From Camelus dromedarius (taxonomy: Eukaryota): a stretch of DNA of 64,000 nucleotides. Below are positions 39,591-52,239 of this stretch, one piece after another (positions within the stretch are counted from its first letter, which is position 1; the number at the start of each line of letters is the position of its first letter). The notes beneath the pieces were generated by a model. The model had not been told where the DNA came from and ran no database searches. It saw only the letters and a program-made list of their open reading frames with translations. The stretch covers positions 53,198,001 through 53,262,000 of the forward strand of contig NC_087436.1 in the NCBI RefSeq assembly GCF_036321535.1. The letters are read 5' to 3'. The translations under genes and the position numbers were made by a program.

Positions 39591-40146
39591 GGTTAATCCC
39601 TTTTAATTTAATTTAATAAATATTAATTAATTGAATTGAATTGTTTGCTAAAGACCAAGCATTGGGCTGGGACCCGAGGAGATACCAAAAGTTGCAAAAA
39701 TACACAAAGCAGTAACACTGGGCCCTGACCTTAAGGAGGTGACCATCCCATGGGGAAGAGGTAAACATGCAATTCCATCCTTATTACGTTTCCCTGACTT
39801 ACTTTGTGTCTGTGGTAGTTTCTGCACCACTATTGGCTGATACTCATTTTTGGTACCCCTTAGCTACTTTGTAGAGATTAGAGACTAGAACCATAACAAA
39901 TTTGTCTTGGGCACAATTAACAATAACAATGATAATTTTAAGTAATATTTATTAACATTATTGAACTACTGGATTGAGATTAGATGAGTAAAAAAATTTT
40001 ATAATGAATAACCTATTTCACAGTGAGGAAATTTCATGACTGTTTAAAAATGACTGCAGCTATATGAACAATCATACAGATTTTTTTCCCTCCTGATAGT
40101 TTGCAGGAGGCCTCAGGAAAGATTTCGTGAGTGGAGAGGGACTCAC

Positions 40147-40356
40147 CAGAATGAGGCCGTGGGGGCGCTCTGAGCCTGTTTGGGCCTGATGAGGCTCCTC
40201 TGACGGGGCTCTCCAGGGCTGCAGTGCTGGGTGGGTAACTGCATTTGGCATACGGTATCTCATCCTTCTCTGAGTGGTGGAACTGGCCGGCACCCCACAA
40301 TGTTCTGAATGAGTCCTCATCATCATTCACGGTACAGATCGGAATGTTATTCAAAC
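40147..40356 (-). CDS. C4orf17: C4orf17 coding exon 2 ([22 protein letters not shown]...APPRPHS)
   Basis: acctag acceptor, G|gtgagt donor, 210 bp phase 1-1. Matches recalled human [12 protein letters not shown]. Confidence 0.93.
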
Positions 40357-43116
40357 CTAGGTGAATAAGATCAAAAGAACAAACGACCAGGTTAGATTTT
40401 GGCAGGTTTAGTTTGAATGATCAGCAATTTCTCAACCAGATACTATGAAATGTACATAAGATGTCAGGCTTCAAATTGTATGAACCAGTGCTAGGTGGAC
40501 ATTCTTTGAAAGTCAGTGTAGCAAATGATGTTTGCAATATACGCTTCCTTACAATGTCCTGCCATCTTGTTAGCTTTGGGAAGCAAGCCCACATCTTTGA
40601 TCTTGGTCTGGGAGTCCAGCGGAGTAGATGTGCTTCTCTCCCAGACAGACCTTTCGTTTCCCGTCTTGACGATGACAAAGAGGGATTACGACAAAGTCTA
40701 AATCACGAATACCGGATTTAGACTTCTGAAAGCACCCAGAATGTCCCAGTGTAACAAGTCCTAAATGACGTATACTGGCTCTTCTTTTGTCCTGACAGAA
40801 GGCAAAAAGCTGTTGGAGCTAAGGATAGGAGGCAGGATAAGGGAGATTGCGTGGGAAGGAAGGAAGGAAAACTTGGTATAAAGGAACTCCCTTCCTCACG
40901 TCAGAGCTTTCTGGGTTCAGTCACTCTCCTATAATAGCTGTTTGCTTTTGGCTCAAATACTGAATTACAGACAGGCCCTCTTTTCAGTATCAACATTGTG
41001 TCACGTCGAATCAGACAGCTTAGGAAATGGGCACGTGCAGGGCCCTGTTCTGTTAATCAGTGAATTATGAGAGGTAGTAATAGATGGCTGCTTTGTCTCC
41101 CAAGAAGTCGCACAGGAAGCGTCTGGAGTGTTTTGCATATTTGCTCATTCTTCCAAATCTCCTCCTAGTACTGTCAGTTCACCCCCTTCTTATCCATCTG
41201 CTTAAATGACATCAAAAACGTCTTTGCTGACAACCCTGCCTGCAAAGCATCCCATCAGGCTCTGTCCCCTGTGCTCTTGTACTCTGCCCACAGCATCTGC
41301 TTGCACACTGCTGGGCTGAGCAGCACTAGAATGTCAGCTTCACGAAAGCACGGAGCTGTCTCTTGTTTGCTGCTCTATTCCCAGTGTCTAGAAGAGTCCC
41401 TGGCACAAAGTTGGTGCTCTGTGGTTCTTTGTTAAATAGACGAATAACACAGCCAAATATAAATCTTTAATTTAGTCTAATACTTAGAACTTTACTGATA
41501 GTAACTGGTACCAAATAGAAATGAGGAAAAAAATTGAAGACAGCATCACGTCTTATCATTTTATGTTAAGCACCTGGGTGAGTGATTGGCCCATGCACAT
41601 AGTGAAAAGTTGCCTACCAAATATAATAAATAAAATATCAACCCAGAGACAAACCAATGGAAAAGTCCTATTTTCTCTGCTACTTCCTTTAATTAGTAAA
41701 AATGTGTGTTATGTGTGTGCGCACGTTGTGTGTGTCTGTGTGGGTGGGAGGGCTTTTTTCCCCTTCATTTCTACTTTTGTTTTCAGCTTTGTTTTTCTTA
41801 CTCATCCACATATTTCCTTTTCCAGTGGAAAAATATATTTAACAACATATACATGTAAATATATCATATTGGACATAAGTAATAAAGAATTCATATTCCA
41901 TCTATACAAGAGTTAGGAAAGAACTCTATAAAAATATGCAAAGGGTCAAATGAAATGGCTTTAAAGTGGTTTCAGAGTCAAATGGGACAACATTAAATGA
42001 TTTAAAGTTAGCCAGGGAAATGGGACATTCAATCCAGCAGTGAAGGAGGTTAGAGACAATCTTGGCGAGAGTTTCATTAACTTCTTTGAATATGCGGGAG
42101 CCTTGGGCCCTAGAAAGACCAGCTCCCTCTACAGGGCATCAGGTATCTGTTACTCTAGTGATTCTAAAGGACCCACCTTGTGGGCGAGGGTCAGGTGAAG
42201 ATGAAAATCTCACATCCTTGCTAATTCTCTGATAGGCAACCTCAGTTTGATGAGAAAGTAGCTTTATTACTAATGCTACTAAGTTGGTAAACAGTAAGAA
42301 AGTGTTTTAAATGATGTGGTTTCTTTGTTTATAAATTTGATTTATTTAATCTACAGTAGTTATCTACAGCTTGGCAAGAATTTGCTTGTTAAGGATGTGA
42401 AATATTTCAAAGGAAATCAGATATATTCAATGAGTAGTTGACATTTAAAGCTTTTAAAGGGTATTTATTAACTAAGCTTGTAACGGGGAAAATGGCCAAG
42501 GACTTCACTGTGAAGGGATTTGAACATTTACTGCAGAATCATTGGGGGAAAAATGCTGTAAAGGAGAAGTCATGGGGATAGGAAAAAATATAGTACTATA
42601 TGGTGTGACAGAAACTAAATTTTAAAATGTGAAAGACAGCAAGGTAAGAGAGAGGGAAAGAAGGAGGGAGAGATGAAAGCAGGAAGGAGGGAAGGGAGGG
42701 AGAGAGAAAGGGAGGTGAGAAAGAAAGGATTGAGAGAGAGAAAAAAAATGCATAAAATATGTGCTTCTCCAGGGCTGGTATTTAGCATGGAGATGCTAGC
42801 ATGACTGTATAGTTTGTTAAAAATTGAAATAACTTTCATTCCACTTGGTCAACTGCTGCCCTGAGCTTCCTGAGTGGCCCCTTTGGCACCTCTCCAGGTC
42901 CCCTTCCTATCACTCAAGTAAACCAAGGCTTAAGGCTGGCACAGAGGGTGTCTGCAGGCCTCTGCTCTAGCTCCAGTGCTGGTCCCCGTAGTCAATGCCT
43001 GGGCCTCACCAGCGGTTAAATATTTTGAATAATAACCCTGTGTTTATCCACCATAATCATCAGGTAGCCCAAATATATAGGAGAGAGAGACATCCTAGAA
43101 CCCTGAGTCACCTTAC

Positions 43117-43243
43117 CTTTGATGTGGCAGACCCTTCTGGGATGAGGGGTGTGCCTGACTAGAAAACAGCTTCCATTTCTCGCTGAAATATGGCTGCCTT
43201 TGCTCTCAAACTGAGGAGCAGACACTGGGGACTTCAGGCTCAT
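43117..43243 (-). CDS. C4orf17: C4orf17 first coding exon ([42 protein letters not shown]); exon probably begins at 43334
   Basis: ATG at 43243 (in-frame alternative at 43249), G|gtaagg donor, upstream acceptor cttctgtgacttcag and in-frame TGA at 43330. [17 protein letters not shown] motif recalled from human. Confidence 0.92.
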
Positions 43244-45269
43244 GTTCATGGAGTGCTGGTTCCCCCTCTCCACTGTTGCCACAAAAGGCCTTGGAGTCTC
43301 CCTTGTTAACCTCACTTCCGGGCGTGCTCAGACCCTGAAGTCACAGAAGGACAGTCGTTCTGACAAGGGGTTCTAGGCATTTTCTCACACATCTAACATT
43401 TCTCCACCTTCTTTGCACGGAGTTGTCACTCATGTCAAAGCAGTGTGAGGCTCTTATTTTAAGACCAAATGTTTTGAGAACATTGAAATCAAAATAGGCA
43501 TGAGGGGGAAAGAAAAAAGTTTTCCCTGGAAAAATCAAAGCATTTGTGAGAAACATAAAATACATTCTGCACTTAATTACATTAAAGTCACTGTTGGCTT
43601 ACCAACATAAAAATATATAACATGGTTATCAATTTTGATAAAGGAAGTTAAAGTAACAGCTTTAAAATGCAGCACCTACAAACATGCTTTACATTAATTT
43701 AACTGTAAATAAGGACTTTCATACTGTACTTTAAGAAAACCAACATCTTAAATTTGTATCTTCTAAAAGGATGGTAAAACTTGAAGGAGAAGAAAAATCC
43801 AGTAGCAAAAGAATGATATTACATCTATAGATGATAAACTGGAGAACCTCTGGCATGTTGTTATTTATAACATTCAGTAACATTTAATGATTTTCTCTCA
43901 ATCACTCAGCAATCATTTATTAGACACCTACAGTGTCATAGGCCTAAAGGATAAAAGATAAAGTTACATCCCTTAGGGAATTCACAATCATGTGGAAAAG
44001 AAAATATATGGATTAGGAACATAGGAAAGAGTTTAATTTTCTTGAAGGTGATACACTAGTCTTGAAATTTAAGAAGTTTGTTGTATATTTTCTATCTTAC
44101 ACGGAAGTCTTATGTATCATAGTATTGGGAAATACACATTTTATTTCTATAGCAAAGAGTTTTTCTGGTTAGAATAATTTGCAGTGTCAAAATACATCCA
44201 TATTTCTAGAAATCGATCTCAAGATTTTCTTGAGGCCAGTATTTTTAGTTCATTGACTATTTTTTAAGAGAATCTATGTTCAAGTTTTTCTTGGTATACA
44301 TTGAGTATATGGCATATAAATTACCAGCTATAAATTAGGTTGCCACAAAACATCTGATTTTTGTAAATTCTAAAATTATTCTAGGCTGAATAAAATACAT
44401 TCAAATATTTTAAATTCAGAAAATACTATTATCTAACAATAAAAAAGTATGTGAGGAGTTAGTTCCAGCTTTGTGTAACTCAAACGTTAGACTTACTCAT
44501 TCTACTTTCTGAGTAGGGCCTTTTGTAAGTTCAAGTCAGTAAATTCATTTTTTATCTTTGCTGGGGCAAAAGGGTACAGTAGACAATTTAGGAGGTGGAA
44601 AGGACACTGAACTGGAATTTTAAAATGGAATTTATGGCCCTAGCTTTGCCATTAATGAGCAAAGTGACCACAGATGGATTGTTTTATTTTCCTAGATTTT
44701 TATTTGCTCGTCTGAATGAAACCTGATGGAATTGACTTAGATGCTAGCTGGGATACTCAGCTATTCTACTGTGTGGTCTTCTCCACACCAATTCTCTTAG
44801 GTTAATTTGAAGGGTATTTTCAAATTCCCTTATTTTTTTAGGGAATTTGAAAATACTTTAAATTCTGGTATAAAAAGTCGAAAAGCAAACAATGCAGAGA
44901 ATTCTTCTTCCCCCTGAGAAAATCGCAGTGCCTCAGGGAAGTCGGAAGCTCATCTTGCTCTTGTATTTTAAAAGGGGCTATAATGCTTACTCTTGGATTA
45001 CAGAAAATTTAATAATCTGATGTTATGGCTTTTATGTTTCTATTGGAAGTTCCGATGCTAAAAGAATAAAGCCAATATATAAATATTTTATCCACATCTT
45101 TCATTAACAATTCTATCAGATCTAAAATATACTTTATGTACTATTAAGAATCTGATCTAAACTTAAATTTTCAGAAATGAAGTAAATGAATGACTCAGGA
45201 CAAAGTTGTGCTTTGAATTGTTCCAGCAAGTGATCTAATGACAGAAAAATAAAATTATCTCTAACCTGC

Positions 45270-46435
45270 AGAAAAGCAAAACTATGTTTTGCTCTGTTAA
45301 AGACACTGTTAAAAAAGTGAAGAGACAGGCTACCAACTGGGAGAAAATATTTGCAAAACACATATCTGATAAAACACTTGTATCCAAAATATACAAAGAA
45401 CAAATTAAAACTCAACAGTAAGAAAACAAACAGCCCAATTAAAAACTGGGCAAAAGATCTGAATGCCTCATCAAAGATGATTATCAGATGACAAATAAGT
45501 GTGCACATGAAAAGATACTCAACATCATTTGTCATTAGGGAATTGTATATTGAAATAATGCAATACTGCTACACACCTATTAGAAAGGCTAAAATCCAGA
45601 ACATTGACAACACCACACGCTGGCAAGAATACAGAGCAACAGGACCTCTCATTCCTTGCTGGTGAGAATGCAAAATGGTACAGCCATTGTGGAAGACAGT
45701 TTGGCAGTTTCTTACAGAGCTAAATATATTCTTACCGTATGATCCAGCAGTAACACTCCAGGTACCCACCCAAAAGAGCTGAAAGCTTACGTCCACACAG
45801 AAACCTACAAATGAATGTTTATTCATAATTACCAAAAATTGGAAGCAACCAAAGTGTCCTTTAATAGGAATGGATAAATAAACTGTAGTGCATCCATATA
45901 ATGGAATACTACGCAGTGCCAAAAAGAAATGGGCTTTCAAACCATGAAAAGACATGGAGGAAACTTAAATGCATGTTACTAAGTGAGAGGGGTCACTCTT
46001 TCATTTGAAAAGGCTACATACTGTCTAATTCCAAATATATGACATTCTAGAAAAAAGCCAAACTATGGAGATAGTAAAAAAAAAAAAAGATCAGCGGTTG
46101 CCAAGGGTTCCAGAGGGGAAGTCAGGGAGGAATGAGAGTGAAGCTAACCCATGCTATACTGGTGTATACTGTCATAATAGATTCATGGCATTATGCATTT
46201 CATCAAAACCCATCGAACTGTATAATGCAGAGGGAACTCTAATGTAAACTATGGTCTTTAGTTAATAATAATGTACAATATTGGTTTATCAATTGTAACA
46301 AGTGTATCACACTAATGCAAAATGTTAATAATAGGTGAAACTGGGCAGAGGGGATATGGAACTCCCTGTACTTTCTGATCAATTTTTCTGTAAGCTCAAA
46401 AACCACTCTAAAAAATAATCTACTCATTTAAAAAA
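45270..46435 (+). mobile_element. LINE-1 3' end (L1MB/MC-like)
   Basis: ctgggagaaaatatttgcaaa; aaaactgggcaaaagatctgaa; atgtaaactatggtctttagttaataat. Confidence 0.85.
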
Positions 46436-49400
46436 TTCCCCCTCTTGCCTATTTTGACTTTGACACGCTTTAATTGACTAATAATTCATTGCCTGATGAT
46501 ATTAATGGATAGCTTTCCAAAGTTTATGCATTGATTTGGAATAATATTTCTCTATTAAGATTTCTCTTTATAACAAGCATTGATTTTGGACTGTAACTTT
46601 TTAAGACATAAACTCAGAAGAAATGAAAGAATCATTCATTCTCATGCAAAAAGGTGGATTTTTTTCTACAAAAGACAGGAGAAATATGAGAAGAACATAT
46701 TATTAAAATAAGGAATTAATAGAACTGGAGACCCAGGAAACATATAACTTACTTATTGATAAATAAATATTATCTTTGTTAGAGAACCAGAAATCTCATT
46801 GATTTTGTAATGAAGTGACTAAAAATTTTCCTAAGCCAGTATTGGGGAGATCCATCAATGCAAAACTTGTCAAATGTAGATGATGGATTTTGTAGACTAA
46901 ATCAGTTATAGTTACTTCTACAAATTTGCCAATGGATTATTTACTGGGGACTGAATATGGTCTTGTGATAAACAGTAGGCCTATTTTAAAAACAAACAAA
47001 AATTTAAAACAGCATAAGGAAAACACAAAATACACACTTGTTTCCAGTATTTTAGCTTAATAGGTATTTGCTAAAGAATAGGGAGCAGCAGTTCACAGCC
47101 TGTTTTCCCCATCATGATGCACATAACAGACAATGTTCACATGGAAGACGCATTCCCAGCACATGTTCAGATCTTAAAAGACTGAATCCCAAAATTGTGG
47201 GGAAGCAAAGTACCAAAAAAAGGTTTCAATCACCGTAACTACAGTGTGTCGGTAACAGCTGTATAAGCGGGTTCTAACTCCCATCTTTCCAATCAGGTAA
47301 GCATGTGGCATTACAACAAAATGCCAGCGATAGTGTTAGAGAACTTACAAATCTTTGTATTAATTCTTTTTAAAAAACAAAACAGTTGGCAAATATGAAC
47401 ATTGTAGTTATTATTAGTAAATATCCTGGGTCTTGCCTCACTGCCTGTTTCTTGCAAAACCTAGACTGAGACCTGACTTAGAGGATACACGCAAAAGATT
47501 TGCTGAATGAAAGTAGCCACGTTCTGTTTATAATTCTACTTTAATTGTGATGCTAACACCGTGCTTTCACCCTGAGGAGAAAGAGAAAAACCTGTGTAGA
47601 GTTAACTCTGTGGGAAAAGCCAATTAAAATTATCATTCACCTTTCAGAGAATTGTGTAAGTACTTCTGAGAACAGCATTTCCTTTTCTAAATCCTCTTGC
47701 ATCTATTGATTTATTAGTAAATTGTTGAACTTTATTTAGACCACGTGACAAAAAATCCTCAAAATCAGCGGTTTTAAAAACATTATTAATCGATCTAGTC
47801 CTGGCCACTGTTACTTAGAAAATACCATGGAAATCTGTATTAAATATTAATATTCTTAGTCCAAAACAGCACATGTGCCAAACGTCTGCTTACAGAAGGA
47901 GAACACAGTGTGTGACCAATGAGCCGCTGACAGTTACTATGAATTCCTAGGGATGTAAAGACCATTATTTAGGTGAGGACTGCTGGACCGCTCTGCATTT
48001 GCAGAGCCCCTAGCCTAGGGTACGTACCACTCAGGTCTGCCAGTGGCTCCCTCCCTCACTTCATTCATTGCTCTGTCCAAACAAGACTTTCTCCAAAAGA
48101 CTCCCTTACCCCTCTCCAAGGTAGCTTCCACCATCACTCCCAGCCTCATTCACTGTCCCTCAAACCCCCTTAAGCTGTCTTCATGTCTTCATAACACATA
48201 ATGTGTGTCACTCTTTGACATTTTTTTTTTTTACATTTCTGTATTTATTTTCTGCTTCTCTCAACAGGACACAATAATCAAGCAGGCAGTGATCTGGTCC
48301 AGTTTTCCACCTGTGTACTCCCAGTACCTGTCACAGTTTATGCTCTATAAGTATTTATTAAATGAAGGTAAATATTTCCACAGACTAAATGTCTTTATCC
48401 CACAAACTCAGCATATTTTATTTATATGATCTCCTCAAAGATAGGTGGTTTACTTTAAAAGATAATGCCCATTTCCTCAAAACCAATTAATTGGCTTTTA
48501 CATGAACTTGATTGAGGTCCATTAACTAATCATATTTAAAATTTTAGAAAATTACTTTAATGATGAATTTAAAATTATACCTGAGGACAGTTTTAAAAGG
48601 TGATCTGGTTGACAGGAACTCAAGGCTGTTGATACCCTACAAGCCTTATAAGGGGTCTGTCATTGATCTCCTTAAATCTTTGCACTGGAGCTGGGAATTT
48701 TTAATTGGCAGAGACAGTCTACTGTTTAATGCTTCCAAAAGAATGTAACTGTCTCCCTCCAGTTTCTCCTACTCTGGCTCCAAGGAGCCTATGTGGCTCC
48801 CTGGTTGTTAAGATACACTACACAGCCTAGCAACGTGGTAACATTCCTTAGGGAAATCTGCGTTCCAGAACCTCTCCACCTACCATTCTTCTCAGAGCTT
48901 CACTTACCCACAGCTTGACAAAACCACGTGGCCGCCGTGACTTTTCTCAGTTTGGAATGTAAACTAGAGCTGAATCAAATATAAAAGAAAAAGAAGAGAG
49001 AGATAAAAAGAGGAATTTCAATCATATTGATAAGTCTCTGCAAAATTTTGTTCAAAAAACACACACCATGTAGATGTAATCAAGTCAGGATGTCCACACT
49101 GATGATTCGTTCAACAACCTTGAAAAAAATTGAAATTTTAATTAAAAGTCATAAAGAAGCATTAAGTAATACAGTTAAAGTAATAAAATTTTGTGTGAAA
49201 CGTGAAAATGGACGCTCATACATAGGAATTGCACATGTGCACATACACACATGTGCGTGTACATATATGTTGCTGTCAACCATCAGGATTATATATGCTA
49301 GTGCTTCCCAATAATTTTCTTTTCAGACCACACATGACTTAATTTCTGAATTACAGTCTCTGAAAGCAATGTAGCTAATTTCTGAAAGACAAATACTAAT

Positions 49401-50318
49401 TTAAAACAATGCAAGGTTAGAATCTAATCTATTTTCTTGACTGGCCTCAAGAATTAAAGGCTCACCATCTCCCCATGCCTATAAATCATTCAAGACTTAT
49501 GAATTTTATAGGAGATTTAAAGGATTTTCTAATGTAATTTTTGCATTTTGGGATTTTCATCCTATACTTTGTATCAGTTAGGAGTTGGCTTTCTACAGCC
49601 AATAGAAAGATTATTTCTCCCTCACATGAAAGGGTTCAGCAGTCCAGGGTTGGTATAGAAGGTCCGTGGTGTCATGGACTCAGGCTTGTTCCACATTTTA
49701 GGTCCATCTTCCTTGATATGTGGCTTCTCTTCTGGAGGTTAACTCTTACCCAAGATGGTTCCTGAAGTTCCAGTCACCCAAATGGCTACTGGCATCAAAT
49801 CAATAGTCCAGGCAGAAAACAAGAGGAAAGAGGGTAAGAGCAAACAAGGACACATGCTAGCCACATGCTTCCTGTGTCTACCAGGTCTTTCCATGAGTCC
49901 CAGGCAATAATCTGGATGCACTGATCACTTGTAGCTGCACAGAAAATGTAGCTTCTTCACAGAGCACATTTCCACCCCTTTTTAAAATAGGGGCTCAGAA
50001 AACATTTATTAGGTTATAAGCAGACGTCTCTACCATGGATCCTGACATTCATACCTGACTCCTATGGAGAGGTCTCTACACTCTGTGGGTTGTACCTCTC
50101 CTTGGAGGGACCAGGAGTCTGTCAGAGGGAGCTATGCCCCTTGCTATATACTGTGGTTCTGTTATTTTACTTTTATGAGGACTTGTGGGGACCTTTCTTG
50201 TCTCATTACTAGGGAAAATGATACAGCTGGTTGGTCTGGGCACAGTTTGCAGTAATTCCGTCAGAACCAAGGGATAGAGATGGCTCTGCGGCACAGCTCA
50301 GGGCAGCACACATACCTT

Positions 50319-50332
50319 GTTGCCCTGGTAAC
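50319..50332. promoter_or_regulatory. RFX X-box motif GTTGCCCTGGTAAC
   Basis: 12/14 match to palindromic consensus GTTGCCATGGCAAC. Confidence 0.45.
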
Positions 50333-50508
50333 AAACAGACTCCCAATCCAAGACATTCTATTATTTTCAGCAAACAAGAAAAGATATGGAGATATTTCTT
50401 GGCATAAACACATGAATCTATGCGTGGTGATTAGTAATTTTTAAAACACAGCTAATCATAAGCAGGAAACTGTACAGGTTGTTCACTGTCCTTAGACGTT
50501 TTGAGTCT

Positions 50509-50898
50509 TGTTACGGACAGAATGGCGTCTCCCAAAATTCGTATGCTGAAGCACTAACACCCCCCCCCACGACTATATTTGGAGATAAGACCTCGGAGCA
50601 GGTAGTTAAGGTTAGATGAGGTCGTAAGAGTGGGGCCTAAACTGCTAGGACTGGTGTCCTTATAAGAAGAGGAAGAGACACCAGAGCACTCTTTGTCTCT
50701 ATGCACACACAGAAGGAAGGTCGTATGGGGACACAGAGGCGTCCAGATCCTAGTCAGGAAGAGAGGCTGTACCAGAAACCAGCCCTGCCAGCAACTGATC
50801 TTAGACTTCCAGCCGCAGAACTGTGAAAAAATTAATGTCTGTCATTCAAGCCCCCCAGCCTGTGGCGTTATGCTGTGGCAGCCCTGCAGGCGCACACA
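50509..50898 (+). mobile_element. MLT1A/B-like MaLR LTR
   Basis: tgttacggacagaatggcgtctcccaaaattcgtatgctgaagc...ctggtgtccttataagaagagg...gacttccagcc. Confidence 0.8.
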
Positions 50899-51264
50899 GG
50901 TGTGCACAGGCAGGACACGCTGTGAGGCCCGCTCTCTCCACGTGCGAGCAGCGTGGCCGTGTCAGAGCTGCGGACAGATCAGGCCTGTTCCATCTGTATC
51001 CTCATTTCACATTTACTGTAAAAATGCTACTGGTGTCTGATTAGCATATAAGAAGGTAATGTAAATAATTTATGAAAGGCAAAGTGCTAATTTAAAACAA
51101 TGCAAAAAATAAAACTTAATTTCATCTGTCTTACCCATGCTACACTCTGTTCTGTCAATTTTAGGAGCACACGATTCAGTCCTGAATTTGCGACAGATAT
51201 CCAGCGACCACAGAAGACAGTACTTCGTGATCTCCAAAGTGCGACAAAAGTACTGATGTAAATG

Positions 51265-51770
51265 TAGTAGGAAGAATTCTTAACTGGCCCCCTAGTCTCC
51301 CTCCCCCTTGTACACACCCTGTATTCTCTCCTTCCCTTGATTGTGGGAGCACCCGTGATTATGGTGGTTGTCACTCCTGTGATTACATGCTATGGCACAG
51401 ATGAAGAGATTTTTGCAGATATAATTAAAATCTCAGATTAGAATTACTTTGAGTTCATCAAACTCTGTTCATCAAATCGTTTGGGGTGGGCCTAGCCTAA
51501 TCAGGCAAGCCCTTTAAAAGAGATTGAGGCCTTCCCTAAGAACAGACAAGCTCCCCTGCTGCCCTTAAAGACGCAGGCATTCATGAAGCTGCCAACAACC
51601 CTGAGAGCTTGAAAGAGGACCCCAAGCCACAGATGAGAGCCCGGCCCCAGCTGGCACCTGGATTGCTGCCTTATGAGACCCTGATCCGGGGACCTAGCTC
51701 AAGTTAAACCACACCCACAGTCCTCACCCATGGAAGCTGTGAGGTAACAGCAAAGGTGTTAAGCCAAGAT
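51265..51770 (+). mobile_element. MLT1E/F-like MaLR LTR
   Basis: tgtagtaggaagaattctaactggcccc...ttttgcagatataattaa...gccttatgagaccctga. Confidence 0.7.
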
Positions 51771-52239
51771 TTAGCAAATTCTGAATCCAGTGACTAGTGG
51801 ACCCTGAGCTTCTGCCAGGCCCAGGGGTCTGGACTCCACTCAGGCAGTAAGAATCACCAGCATAAGTTTTCAGGATCCCAGAATGTATTTGCTAGCACTC
51901 AAACCTACCACTTGCTAACTTACCATCTTTTGGTCTAAAATTAGGATTCAGCTCTGTCTTAACCATGTGCAGTCTACCCATTGTTGACTTACTGGAGTTT
52001 TCCTTACTGAAAAGATGTAAGAAAAATAAGGGTTGTGTAATTCTGCTCTCTTTAACTGCTTTTTTCCTCTATTTTTGTTGAAGACATAGCATTAAAACAC
52101 TAAAAGCTTTGTTATTTGCCCTTAGCTCTTATTTTTAAAAAAATAAGCCTCACTTTACTCCTCTTCCTTTTTAGCTTTGAGACAAAATTCTTGTAAGTCC
52201 CCAGACTCTCTTTTATGAACCTTGATTATAGGGCTAAGC

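Noticed and set aside
43244..43315. N-terminal extension of C4orf17 from the GTG-started ORF
   Set aside because: An in-frame TGA lies at 43330-43328 and homology starts at the ATG at 43243. At most a 2-aa extension from the ATG at 43249.
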